Source of the DNA: Podarcis tiliguerta
Lineage: Eukaryota
Length of the DNA stretch: 64,000 nucleotides
Reading direction: 5' to 3' (one strand)
Assembly: GCA_965153285.1 (NCBI GenBank)
Contig: OZ229115.1
Position numbers and translations under genes: made by a program. Of the stretch, positions 35,474 through 50,026 are shown piece after piece. Numbering within the stretch: the stretch's first letter is position 1; each line of letters opens with the position of its first letter. The notes under the pieces are model-generated. The model ran no database searches and was not told where the DNA came from. It worked only from the letters and a program-made list of their open reading frames with translations.

Positions 35474-38400
35474 ACTGCAAATAGAAAGGAAGGGGATAAC
35501 TGAGGAGACCTGTTATGGGAGAAATAAGAGAATTTTGTGACTGTGGGCCCTCAGTAATTTTCAGCCTTCTTGAGTAGGCCCTGGGGGTAGGAAGCTTGAG
35601 AATCCCTGCATTATTACATTTGGTCCCAGTGGCAATAAGATGCCCTTACCTCGAACTGAGAGAACTCCTGTGCTGTTTGCTTTGCCCATGAAATTCTCTG
35701 CGAAGCAGGTGTATTTGCCCTCATCTAACTTGCTAATATTCCGAATGATCAAGGTGCCATCTGGAGTGATGGTGATGCTGCAGTGGAAGAAGAGCCCATC
35801 AGGAGAAAGTGAGAGAATAATTCAGCCAACTACAGACCCATTTGACTGTCACGGGACATGTAGCATGAAGGCAGTGATGAATTCTGTCAAATGCGTCAGC
35901 TGAAAGGTATTGGAAATAATACGTCGTATAACATTGGCCTTCCAAAGAAAGACTGAGGTGTGCCACTGGGCTGCAGCAATAGCATGGCAGCTCTGTTTAG
36001 TTTTGTTTTAGGAGATAAAGGAGAAAGGGTTACTGGGAGGAAAAGGGAATCCTAAGTCCTGCCCCCTGTTAGGAGTTATCTTACATCTGGTCACCTGATA
36101 GCAGAAAGATGATTCAAAAGGTGGAGGTGGGTGTCACATACAGGCTGCAGTTAAAGGTGCAGCAAACAACTGGATAACTATGTTATTTTACAAGCAAACA
36201 AGCAACTCTGGTTACTTTTGGAAGTTTTAAATCAGCAGGCTAGGATATCAAACAGTAGCTGTGATTAACTTTCACCAAAAAGAAATACATGTCCTTACTC
36301 TTAAATAATTGGACAAGATATATATGCAAAGCTGAATACTCCCACGTATGAAATACACTTATTTAAAGGATATTGCCATTTTTCTGCCTCAAGCTGCTTG
36401 AAGGTGATGTGATTCAAGCTTACATTTTCACTGTGCAAATCCTTTCAGGATACTGTTCTCTGTACAAGCTGTTTAAGGATTGGCAACTGTCTACCACTCT
36501 TCTAACCATCTGGGAAATCATCTTGTGTGGCAGGGAGGACACTCCTTCGCAGTTTCAACACTGCTTCTTGCTTGCTAGATTTTCATAGTAAATGTAGGTG
36601 GTGCTCCAAAATCCAAGCAGCCTAGCACAACTGAAGTGCTGAATAAAAACCTCTCACGTTCCTGCACAAATCATGCTTTTCTGTCAAGCTACCATTTGGA
36701 CAACAGATATCACTGCTCCCCCAAAAAAACAATTCAAGGGGCTTAGAGCAGAGCCACCAAGCAAGAAGATGCTGCTTCTGAAGGATCAATCCTAAGGAGA
36801 CTTACCCCACTGAACACACCGGGACAGCCTTCCAAGTAAACACACATGGGATCAGTTCCACACAATAAATTTAAGCTAACCAGAAGCCAGCAGGATAATT
36901 GCACTGAGAAGGGACTGCATGCTCAAAGCTACTTAGTCTTAGCTAGGAACTAGCTTAAGGGTCCTCATACCTGGAGCTGTTGCTCAGAAGCTCAGTCCCT
37001 TTGGTCCAGAGTATAATGGCCTTTGGTGCAGCTCTTGGCTGGCAGTGGATAATGATTTCTCCGCCTCGAGCTGCTGGTATTAGTCGCCTCACGGGGTTTA
37101 GCCGAAAATCTGGAGCAAAGGCTAAAAGGGAAAATAAAATGATTAAGTAGGTTTTACGAATGCTGAGCCCTGGGAATGGTAAAGGCAAGCTTCCTGTAGA
37201 TTCTATAATAGTGCAAAAGTAACATGATAACATATATCATGGCTTCTGTTAAATAAAGTTGCCTGTCTGTTACTTGGACACCTAAAGTAATGTTGTAACA
37301 GTGAGGTGCCTCAGTGTTTAGTCCAAGTGAGACAAATTTAACTACGCAAACCTCCAATTCATTGAACAAAATGCAAATGTTTTACACTGTGAAAATCAGC
37401 ATGCTGCAAGTTCAGATCTCTGAAGCCCAAAAAGTCTGAAATTGAACACTGTGAAGAATAAAATGTCAAAACCTAAGCTTGATTAATCCTTCAAAATAGC
37501 TACATCTTAAATTTTGAACAGAAAGATTACTGATTCCAAGTGTAATTTCAAAGTCAGAACTTCAAAACTCAAAACCCCAGAAGTAATTGAATTTGAAACT
37601 GGTTGAAATGTGTGCTCAGTGTCTAAAAGGGCAGCTGCCTGTTTCTGTTCAGTCCTGTCAAAGCAAATGAGCCAGAAATACACACAGTTAATAAAATCTA
37701 TAGTACTAAAAATCAATATAGGGGAACATGTTGTGGCTAATTAGAGAAGTTTAATTCACCTCTATTCATCTTACATCAGACTGAATTCACATACCAATAT
37801 GGATGAAAAAGTCTGGTAGTTTCACTATGCATGTAGGCATATTTCAGTCTTGGCTGCGACAGTGCCTTGATCTTTGAGAAAAACCAACTGAGATTGGCCA
37901 TAAATACTGTATTGCCTCATAACCTAAGCAGATGTTGACATTTCAAATTAAAACCATTGGAGGTTTCTTAGATTTTTCTTGCCACTAAAACTGCTAGAAT
38001 ACAATCTGTTAACAGCAGTCCTCCAGGACTAAAGAAAATAAAATGTTAAAAATGAAATTCACCATGAAGCAATATGGCAAAGTATTAGGCCAGTCCATTA
38101 TCTTACTGCTTTTTAGACAGGGAATCTGCCAATATTTAAGATTAAAATCCAAGCATTAATACTAGTGAACAAGTCCCATTCAACACACAGGGCTCACTTC
38201 TGGAGAAATAACCCCCTTTCTAAAGCATAGCGGTATTGCCCAGACAATCCACAGAAATCCAGAACGTACCTTGCACAGCCAATTCAGCACTTGCATAAAT
38301 GCTGCCATGCTTGTTCTCTCCTACACACTGGTACATCCCAGAGTCCTCCATTGTTAACTTTAAAATCCTCAAATCCCCACTATTCACTTCAATGCGATTC

Positions 38401-41400
38401 TGTGCAAACAAGTAGATTAGGTGGTTAGATCACAACACAGAGCATGAAATGCAAGTGCTATATACACAGAAGTGAGCTTCAGTAGAGAACATCACATTAC
38501 CCCTCTCAGTAGTGACACGGTTGTGCTGTTCAACACATTTGCCCTATTCTGTGCCTGCTGCCACTCACGTGTCTCTGTGCATATGACTAGGGGGCATGGT
38601 TGGCCTCTGCCCTATGGGCCCTCCAAATCTGGTCCTTCAGGCTTTCTTTCTGCCCCAGGGGAGTCTCTTTAGGCCATGGTCTGTATCCAAGGCCATGACC
38701 CCTCACTGTTCCTCATCAGGTTGTCCTGAATGGAAAGTTTCATTGAAAGGTGATTGTGCCTCTTGTTTTAATGGAGAGATGTGTATTTGTTGTAATGAGT
38801 TTATGTATAAAAAACTCTGCCTTTTTCTTTGCTGGAATTCAGCCTACCAAACACAGGTAAGAGACATTAACCTCTCTGTCAACTTTAGCTTCTGGGCCTG
38901 CCTTCCACTGCTATACAGCCCTTGGAAAGTTGTCTATAGTTACAGACCAACTTTGGTATACAGAAACAGTGCAACAACTGAAGCACAGCAGATGTCATCT
39001 CTAAGGATATCTGTCCAGGTCAAAAAGCTATTGTTTGATATTTTGCTCATCCAGAGCTGGACATATTGTCTTGAAAAACAGAACAATGCAAATGAATACG
39101 TCATGTTCTCAGCAAATTCACTCCATTGAATGCCTGACCCCAATATTTATATGTGGCCCACTCTTTCGTGCCCAGAAATCTCTCCAACCAATTTCTCCCC
39201 AGAAAGACATCAGTTTATAATTTAAAGATCCTAGTATTACAATGCAGATTAAAAATATCCAGTAGCTGAGGGGTTCAAGTCAGACAATTTAGAAGTGGCA
39301 AATAAGAACAAAACTACTATGGGGGAAACAAAAAAACATTTTTTGAGGCAAAAGTTAAGACTCAAGTTCTTAAAGCATTTCGAAGCAACTGGGGTCTCTC
39401 CCATGTGTACAACAATCTGAGGCTGCAATCCTAAAGTCATGTATCTGGGAAGAGGTCCCCACTAAATTCAATGGAACCTACTTCTGAGACAAATATACAA
39501 TTATGCTGTGGAAAAGGAGCAGAAAGAGACATTCAGGAGACATTCTGTTCTTACAAAGGTCACCCCGGGTTTGTTTTTTTGTTTTGCTATTTGTACATTA
39601 AGGGGCAGCTCTATCAATTCCAACTTAAAAGCAGCCAGGTAGCAATCCTTTTTGTTGCAGATCAAAAGTGTGGCACACTGGTGTAGCAAAAGGAAAGATT
39701 TATGACACAACAGAGGCCATCATACAAGGCTACCAAATCAGCTTCTGAGCCAAAAGTGGACCTAAACCCCAGTTGATATGGGTCTAGAAAATCGGTTTCC
39801 TCCAAGAGCACCTGGATTTGGTCCATGACCACCTGCTCAGGAACCTTGCCCAAGAAGGGGAGATTGGAAACTGAATGGCAATTACTTAGGTTTTCCGAAT
39901 CCACGGAGGATTTCTTGAAGAGAGGTTTTACCACAGCTTTTTACCCTTGCCTTTTTACCATTCCCTCTTGCATGGAGGCATTAATCACCTCCCTGGTCCT
40001 ACCAGCTATCCTCCTCCTTGCTAGTTTTTACCTGCCAAGAGAGGCAAGGGTCCAGAACGTAAGTGGTCACCCAGACCAATCAAAGTACTTGTCCACATCC
40101 AGCCTTACTAACTGAAACTTATCCAACATAACAGGGCTAGACAGTGCTCTGGACACCTCTAGAGATTAATCTGCTGTAACAGTAGAGTCAAAGTCTTGGC
40201 AAGATCAAGCAATTTTATCCTCAAGATGCTTTGCAAAAAAAATCACAGTGAGCTACTGTCAGTTCTACCACCTCCTTTGAACCAAACCATAAAAGGCCCC
40301 ATACTACCTGGAAAAGCTCTGCTGGATGTCAAATGAGGTTCCCATGGAGGCAGCAAAGTATGCCTTCTTTGCTGCTTTCACTGCCACTAAATAGGCTAAT
40401 GGTACATAGCTTGCTCTGTATTTTTATCATGTATTTCTCTGAAGGTTAACAAGGATTTCTGCATTTAAAGCCCTTCCTTTGTTTTCTGATCTGCTCTTGG
40501 AAAAGTCACACAATGTTAGCTAATATGTGAACTCCAAAGTCCACTACCCTTTCATGTAAGTCTCTCGGCTTTAGTACAACTTTGGCTTAATCCTTATTCT
40601 TTAAGCTTTCTGCCTTTGCATCAAAAGCCCTTCAGTTAAAATATCCCTTAACAATCCAAATTAACATGTTTGCTTATTACCCAGTTATAGCTCATTCACA
40701 TCTTGAGTACCACTAATTCTTGCTAAGTTAATACCGACTGTGATTAATGGGAAGATAGTACGGAATGTGAGCAAAACCAAATTGTGACATTATTCATCCA
40801 ATTAACAATTGTGTGATTATTTTAAAGGAAAACATATAGCAAATGCTGGGGGACGGGATTTGGACTGGGATCCCAAAGGAGCATTTAACCCTTTGCCTTG
40901 GCTGCGGTCCAAATCCAGACTACCCTGCACAGCTCCTATGTGCAGCTAAGAGAAACATCCCTTTGGTGCAAGAACCAAAACAAGATCCTCCTCTCCTCCT
41001 ACACAGTTCTGATCCAGATCAGTCTTTCTCACAGCTAGTTACTACTTCTTAATTATTACTTTTTTAAATCATACAACTGTTAGCGGCATTCATAATGTCA
41101 CATCTAGTTTGGGCCTAAGAACATAACCAGGAGAAATGAACATTTGAGGTTGTTTCCAGGTAGCTTACTGGCTTGAATTTACAGAATTGACAACAGGTGG
41201 CCAAACACAGGACTGTAGGGAGGGTCCACTGGTCTACATTGACTAGTGGTTGCTCTCTAGGACAGGAGACTTTCCCAGACTGACCTGGAGATACTGGGGA
41301 TTGAACATGGGACTTTCTGAATGCAGGGCAGATGTTCTACCTCTGAATCATGGCCCTAAGAATGCTCAATCCTTTCTCTTGACCTTAGCATGGCAGCTTC

Positions 41401-44400
41401 TAAGTTTTCTATTAGTTAGTTAGTGGCAGATAGCCTGCTTTGTACTTTCAACTGTGGTTTCCTTTGCTCCCCTCGTTTAAACAGGTTTCATATTTATTAT
41501 TGTGCTTAATAATAATAATAATAATAATTTATTATTTGTACCCCGTCCATCTGGCTGGGTTTCCCCAGCCACTCTGGGTAGCTTCCAACAAAGATGAAAA
41601 ATACACTAAAATGTCACATATTAAAAACTTCCCTGAACAGGGCTGCCTTCAGATGTCTTCTTTTATGTGGCATTTCTATTTTGCACCCCACCTACAAAAG
41701 GGGCTACCTGAGAGGTTAAGGGCTGCCCGTTCCGTAGCCATTTGACGGTAGGCCTTGGCTTGCCAGCTGCAGCACAACTCCAGCGAAGGTCTGCTCCGAT
41801 GTCAGCCTCTTTGTCTGAGATGACCTTCAGCCATTCTGGCTGAGCTATAAAAAGAACAAGAAGAGAACGGGACGTATGCACTTCAGACAGGAAGCAGTGC
41901 AAGATTCATGATGCTCAAGTTGTGGCGGGAATTTATTATAATGTGCAACCCCTAACATACCACATTTCATTTCTAAAACATTGATTTTTTTAAAAAATGG
42001 GGGAAACGTGTAACTTGGAGGTTCACAGATTTGAACAACCCATCTCAGCCCTAGATTCTGCAGATTATTCCATCCTTAGGGATGGATCCCTTATTTCATT
42101 GTTATGTTTTAGGTTTCCACCCACCCTGTGCCCTATTTGGGAAATATGAAAAGCACAGAGAAAGGTTCAAGGGGGACCTCCAGCTCTCTTTTCATTTGGA
42201 TCAATGTACTAGGAAAGATGAAGAGCTGATGGCTGCCTGTCAGGGGATTGCTGTGAGCTCCAACTATGCTGCCCCAAGCATTCTAAGGATGGGTGAGACA
42301 GAAATATAATAAAAGGATAAGGTACTTGTGAAGGAACCTCCAGGAGTGCTTTACCTTGGATGATGATGCGGCCCCGATAGGTGTCTTTTCCTTGGGCATT
42401 TTCAGCTTCACACTCATAAGTGCCTTCATCTTCAAAGCCAATCTCCTTAAACTGTAGAAGGGGCTCTGTTGTGATCCACTCAGAGGACTGGCTACCATCC
42501 AACTTCCGCCATTTTATTCGAGGGACAGGGCTAGATTATAAATAAACCTCTGTAAAAGGGCACTTCAAGCTTCAACATCAATCCAACAGCAACAAACACT
42601 GGAATCCAGTGCAATTCAATTATTTTCCTTTCCTCGTTGTGAGCCTTATGTCTTCCATTTTTTAAACTAGCCAAGCTTTTCTCTTTGACCTGTTAGTAAA
42701 CTATCATTGTCTCTCACAACCCACACCTTAATTTACAGAAACAAGAGTTATGTTGGCATTCAAGTCTTCTTAAAAATCACATCCTCTTGATGGGGGGGGG
42801 ATCACTACCGCCTGGTGTGGTCTTTGCACATGCTCAGAGGCACTCTTATTTATTACATCATCCATTTGAAGGCAAATGCATAACATTAAAAACAGATTCT
42901 GGCGAGTTCAGGAGCAGCCTATGTGCTATTTTGGTGGGGTGGGCAGTGCTATGGCGCTTTCCTCTTGACACCAGAATCAATACTGCTTACCTGGATGGGA
43001 CAGGGCCGTCCAGGTGCACTGGCAGCACCTGGTTGGCTCTATCTGTGCACCCATCAGCCCTGACTTCGCTGCTGCCCTGTACCATCCAGGTAAGTGGCAG
43101 CATCACCAGTGCTGGGAGGCTGACTCCACATCACCACACCAGCCACTCCTGGGTGGGTCCTAGCTCAAACTAGTCAACATTTACTGTCCAGCACCCAAAA
43201 GTCATCTAAAGGATTATTAAATATTTCAGATTATTAAAAGCCTCACTCGCAAACAGGGCAAAAGAGTAAAATAGATGGGGAATAGGGCTTCATCAAATGT
43301 TTGCTTGGTTATGTTCCAGATAATGCAGGCTAAGAACGTATGATCCTCAAACTTTCTTCAGGACAGAGTTTCTCTGATATTTAAAACAGCAGCTCTCTTC
43401 TTCCTTCCCCTTCTGCATTCTTGCTCCTCAGAACAGAGTCTACAATATTCAATTCATAACTATGTTGGCCTGCAACTTTTCTGCTGTCACCAGCAAGAGG
43501 CTAAATGCAATTGACACAAGTACTCACTTCCCAAAGGCAAAACACTCCAAAGCCACCAGCTGCCCGGCCAGAGCATAAGTGTCAGAAGGAAACTTGGCTT
43601 TAATGCTGGGAGCAAACGGCCTGGAATCTGTGGGAAGGGGGACAAGAGGTTGAAAGCTTTAAAGCTACCCATGCAGGATGTTGCAAAGCACAGGCCTCCA
43701 AAATGATTCATCTTCGAAAAGGTGCACGTTTGAAACCCAAGAAGTTGAGTTCAGCATTTACTTCTTTGTGAACTTGCAGAGCCAGTTTTTACATTACTGG
43801 TGTGGCACAGCTGTGGCTGCCACACAGCCATCACCCACACTGCTCTGACGTAGCTTGTGATGGAAGAGGAGAGCGATGAGTAAGGAAATCCTGGTCCACC
43901 TCTGTTCCATCTAGCTCAGTGTCATCTACACCAGCATCCCTCAGCCTCGTGCCCTCCAGATGTTTTTGTCAGCAGCTCCCATCACACTTGACCATTGGCT
44001 GGATGACTGAGGCAGATGAGAGTAGGAGCCCTACAACATCTGGAGGACACCAGGGTGGGAAAGGCTGAGATAGACTGACAGCCACTGGCTCTCCAGGGTT
44101 TTAGACACGAGTCTTTCCCAGCCCAATCTGGAGAGACCAGGGATCAAACTGGAACCTGCTACATGCAAAGCATGTACCACACCACTGAGCTACAGCAGAT
44201 CCCCCTGAGGTGGCCTTAGGCCAGCCACTCTCTCTTAACCTGTCCCAACCTAATCTGCTATATGGCGATGGTAAGAACGACCTACATCTCCATCCACAAA
44301 AAAATTCAGATCACCAAAGCCACTGGTTGGCTCCAAGGAGGAGGATTGAGATTTCAGCACAGACAGCCAGGAAATAAGCACTGAATATCACCCAGCTGCA

Positions 44401-47400
44401 TGGAAGGCTCCCCACTCCCCATGAATGGTACAACAGGGGACCCTCTGTAATCAGAGACCATGGCAGCTTGCAGTCCCAAGTAGGCAAGGAACTGCTCATA
44501 AGACACCATACATGGCTGACAGGTATGTTTGGCTTGGTGGGTCTCAGGCTCTGCAGGCCTACTTCAGAAATGCCTCCATCTAGAGTTGGTCCTCCTAGGG
44601 CATCTCTCAGAGGGATCAACTGGGCTTCCAACATTGTGGGTCACCAGTGCACTGACCTTCTCTGAGAAGATTGAGCTGAGAAACTTTGCTAAAGACACTC
44701 TTCTGAATGGAATCAATCTGGCCAGTGACAAAGCAGGAGTAGTTGCCGAGGTCAGAGGCCTCTGTCTTAGCAATGTAAAGGTTTCCCGTTTTTTGGGAGA
44801 TGAAACGCCTTCCGTCTGCTGGGATGAAGTTGGGGAATTCGTTCACAAACCAGCGGTATGCAAGTCCTGTGTGCAAAGGGAGAGAGAGGGAGAGGATGAA
44901 ACACTGGCTCCTCTGTATCAGAGTGACGCTCAGAGGCTGACCTCAGTATGCTATTTCCCAGACTGAGACACAAGCTAAGTCCAGTAGCTATTCATTCGCT
45001 ATGAACAAAGAAACAAAAGTTAGCATATTTGTTGTTATTCTAGACAGGATGTTCAATGCTCCCACAATGTTCATTTTTAGAGAACTGAACCTGATGCCCT
45101 CCAATTTCTTGACAAGAACTTTGGACCTGCTATTGGTTTCTTCCTTTACTACTTCCGATTCCTCATACCACAGATTGTGGGCTAAAGTTCAACAGTCCTG
45201 TAGGTCTTAGCCAGGGGTTTCTCAAAGTTTTCCATACCAGAATTCCCTTTCTTCCACCCCCCCATCCCTACAAGAGATCTCTTCTCATTCACATGCTCTT
45301 TCCCTTCCTTACATGCACTGCAACCCCCCACCCACCCAGTAATAATCATGCTGTCCCCTGATAATCAAAACGTGTAGGGTGGGAGGTAGGGATGAACTGA
45401 AATCACATCCCTGAAATATTCAACTACAGATTCGCCTATACAAAGAGCATTAATGATTCAATTTCTACAATATCAGCTTCTGGCATGAAATCGACAGCAC
45501 TGATTTTCACTGTTTCCTCGGAGAATTCCAGAATTCACAGCTGCAGAATTTAGTCTGAGATGAAGAGAGCAATTCATGTTTCTTAGAGAACACTTCACAT
45601 TTCAGCTGCCTGTACATACAAGAAAGCATGGGATGTAATAAACCAAGACCTACTGTGAGTAGACCCACTGAACTGAATGAACCTAAGTTAAACAGATAAA
45701 TTACTTTCCATGAGTCTACTCTGAGTAGGACTAGCATTTAATACCATCCCATGGCAACTGCTGTTTACACTTGATAAGCAGGTTATTGCTTCGTCCATAA
45801 AGACCAGGCACAACTTAGGGCTTATCTACACCTCTCTTTGCCTGCTGCTTTCCCTTGGTGATAACCTGCAGTTTAGCAGGTTATTGGGTTTTCCATGGAC
45901 TGCCATTTGTTCCAATTTAGCATGAAAGAGGTTTTCCAAGGGACAGAGGCAGGGCAAAAGGAAAACTGCTCGGACCTATATGAACAAAATGGAAAAGTTT
46001 GAGCTTTCTTTTCTTCCCCTCCCCCCTTTTCTTTAATTTATTTCAATCTGATATAAGATTACAAAAAAGACTTCTCAAAGACAATGTAATTACAATATAG
46101 ATTCCAGTATATTATAAATGTTAACCATTAATCAAACAGAGAGACATTTAGATGCAATACATCTCTCCTTTGGGATACAGCCTTGGTAGTTTATCAATTT
46201 CTGCTATGCGGAAGTCTGGCTTAAGCATTCTGGTGTAGAAAACAATGGCAGCATGTTTCCAGTATTTTGCAAGGATAATTGTTGCCACAAAATTTAAAAA
46301 AAATCAGTGATTTTAACAGCAAAAGGAGGATATGATTACATAAGGTGTGGAGAAAATGGAAAGTTTTCTCCTTTTCTCACAATATTAGAAACTCAGGGCC
46401 ATCTAATAAAACAGAAAGTTGGAAGATTCAGGACAGTCAGAAGAAAGTACTTCACAGTTGACTATGGAACAAAGGGCTATCAAGGGTTCCCAGCCATAAC
46501 AGCTATGTTCTGCCTCCATGGTCAAAGGCAGTAATGATTCTGAGTACCAGTTGCCGGAAGCCACGGGATGGTAGAGTGCATTGCTTGCTGGTTTCACACA
46601 GCCATCTAGTTGGCCACTGTGAGAGCACAATGCTGGACTAGGTGGAACAGCTGGCCTGATCCAGAAGGATATTCTTAGGTTCGTATGAATTAACTACCAA
46701 ACAAGGTACACACTTTAAAAGAGCATTAGACAAATTCATGGGTGATAAGTTTATCAACGGCTGCTAGCCCAAATGGCAATGTTCTGCTCCAACGTTTGAG
46801 ACAACATGCCTCTGAATACCAGATGTTTGGAACTGAAAGTAGAGGCAGCGCTGTTGCACTCATGTCCTGCTTATGGGCTTTCCACGGGCATCTGTTTGAC
46901 CACTTTGAGAACAGGCTATTGAACTAGATGGGCCTTAGGCTTTATCCAGCAGAGCTCTGATTATGTTCTCATGAAAGGAATGGCTTTGTCCAAATTGCTA
47001 AACACAATTGTGTATGGGTTTATACCATTAGCTACCCCTGTCATTTGATGGATTGCTCCCTGAATATGGGTGAGAACCTCATTTCTAGTGCGCTGTCATT
47101 GTCTCACCTGGGTAATGGGGAGGTGGGCTGCAAGTAAACATCACCCCCCAGCCCTCTGTAACCCTCACGGGGTCTCGCTCTTCTGTAGAGAATTCCTGCA
47201 AAACTAAACACAAGAAATGAGTGGAGGTGATGAAACATGAGCAATGGAAGCCTAACAATCTTACAAATTAGATATTTCTCTGCTCAGAGAGAAATGATGC
47301 TAGTTACAGGCAATCATGCTTCCATCATATCAAAAGGAAATTAAATTGAGAGAGTAACGGCAGATGGCATCAGGAACAGCACTCAGAAAATGTGCTGGGA

Positions 47401-47946
47401 ATGAACTAGCTAAATCAATACTATCCCCACTGCAATATCTATCTATCTATCTTTTTCAAACGTATATTCAGCCATTTTGGTCATCAGCAGCTCCTAAAAA
47501 TGGCTTACAAATTAAAAAAAATACACACACAAAAACCCAAGATTAAAACATGTGAACACCTCAACGGACAAACAATAAAACATCAGAGTAGCTGCACCAA
47601 TATAAACAAATTAGAAGGACTCAACCCCCTGTTGTATGAAAGGAAATGCTTTTGCTATCTTTCAAAAAGCCCTTGGTAAATCTGTCTGCTAAACCACCCT
47701 GGGTAATCAATTTTACAGAGTGAGTGGCACCACCAAAAAGATCCTACCCCTCATATCAGAAGTCTGGGGCATACGTAAAATTCATACAGAATATCATCTG
47801 ATGACCTATGCAAATAGGAGGAGACAACCCCTGAGGTAACATGGAACTAGGGCTGAAAGGTTAAAAACACAACCCAGTTTTGTCTGGAAAGTAACAGGAA
47901 GCCAGAATCAGAAATAAGTTCCTTGGCTGAAGTCACATAACCCTTG

Positions 47947-47999
<53 letters not shown>

Positions 48000-49975
48000 T
48001 ATTTATGCTCCACTCATGTATGCTCCCAACAGAATATTAAAAACATGATAAAACACCAAACATGAAAAACTTCCCTAAAGAGGGTTGCCTTCAGATGTCT
48101 TCTAAAAGTCACATAGTTGGTAAAAGTTCCCTTTATAAAACACACTTCAAGAACTTTAACCTGGTTATGCTTGGAGCTCTCACAACACCATCCTTCTCTT
48201 GCTCAGTAAAATGTTAGCCAGTTTTAATCCATGCTGGTGTCCAGCATTTGGCCCTCCTGAAATAGCTGTGATATGCATGGGCCACCTCACTCTCCTTAGA
48301 GGGGCAACGGTTCAGAACCATTATCCAAGCGCCTGAATTCCCACAGGACGATGAAAGGGACTGGCGTCCTCATTCATGTTCCCTCTTTGTTTTTCCTCCA
48401 CTGTCCTCATCTAAATGTAGATCCCTTTGGGCAAATAGAAGGGATCATGCAGACCATTTGGGCACCCCGACCGGCTCCCTCAAGTCCCCAGCCTCCCCTA
48501 TCACCCCATCCCTCTGCTCAGCCTGCTCAATTTATATGGTTTCTGAGGGCCCATATCATCATATCCAATTTCTCGGTGCTTCACTGCCTCCCTGGCTGTG
48601 ATGCTGCAGGGGAACCATGGGTGGCACATTGCTTGGCTCCCTTCTGTTTTACTCCTCTTCTGCACCGAATTGTCTTCGGAAAATCCACTTGAGAAAATCC
48701 ACTTACAGCCAAAGCGAATAGAAGCTTCTCTGCTGACTACCGTGCCCACCGAGTTGGATGCCACACACTGGTAGGACCCAGTGTCTTTGGCTTTCACTGG
48801 GTTGCTGATCACCAGGTTGCCCCCGTTCAACCTATAACGGGAATCTGGCTCTATTTTGATCTCTGTGCCATTCATCTTCCACCTGCCAAGACAATGGTAT
48901 TTGGTTGGAGTGGGGAAAGAACAGAGTCATCACAGCTGCACATTAACATTGTCCTGAATAACAACACACACTGGCATTTATGATGTACACAAAAACCCTC
49001 AATAGGACCTATTGTAGGACAGTGGCTGAATGGTGGGTGCTGTCTCAGTAGCTACAATGCCAGCCCAGTAATCAGGGGGAGAAATGGCTGCACTTTGTCG
49101 AATGCTAAAGAAAATCCAAATCTCAATGATTATTCTAAGAGCCTTTAGGCTGTGTTTTATCTTACCAGGAAGCACATCACTCACCAGGGTTGGCCTCAAC
49201 ATCTCTGAATGGGTTTGTTTGATACTGCTATAAATTATTTAACTTTGCTCTGCAGGCCTTCCTGCTTTCCAGATCTAGTCTTCTGAAAAATGCTCTCTCA
49301 GTTTGCCCTATCCTGTTCATGGATGCTTCCAGACATGGACCCTTCAGCAGCACCCAACCATTGCTATTCTGCTTCCAGAGTGGAATAACAATGTTATTCC
49401 CAGACTTCTGTAAGGAGCCCCACTTTCCCCAGCCCAAAACATTTGGAAGGGACACTTTGGAAGGGACATTGAGATCATCGTGTATTGGGAAAGGGTTAAA
49501 GCAGGCATAGGCAAACTCGGCCCTCCAGATGTTTTGGGACTACAACTCCCATTATCCCTAGCTAACAGAACCAGTGGTTAGGGGATGATGGGAACTGTAG
49601 TCCCAAAACATATGGAGGGTTGAGCTTGCCTATGCCTGGGTTAAAGACTCCTTTCCCATTCATTGCACTCTGAGTCATGATTCCAAACCCCAACTACAAT
49701 TGGGGCGGGAAAGAAAAATAGCTGGCGTAAAGAAAAAAGGACTTAGAAAGGGAAGAGTATGAGTGGATTCATGGAGAGAAGAGACAGACCAGAGAGAAAA
49801 ATAACTACAGAGAGGGTAGGGAACCTATTTCAGCCTGAGGGCTCAGTTGGCCACCTAGTCCAACCCCCTGCAATGCAGGAATCCTCCCCACAGCTGTCCC
49901 CAGGTGGCCTCGAACCACCAACCTTCCAATTAACAGCCAGACGCAGTGATCCATTGCACCACAGATGCACTAACA

Positions 49976-50026
<51 letters not shown>

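Noticed and set aside
38596-39129. 177-aa plus-strand ORF in a CNTN2 intron
   Set aside because: No recognisable homology or coding-like composition; this length is within chance for a 64-kb six-frame scan.
49890-49966. tRNA-Asn gene
   Set aside because: The D and anticodon arms are diverged and the sequence runs into a CR1-like tail, so it is a SINE head.
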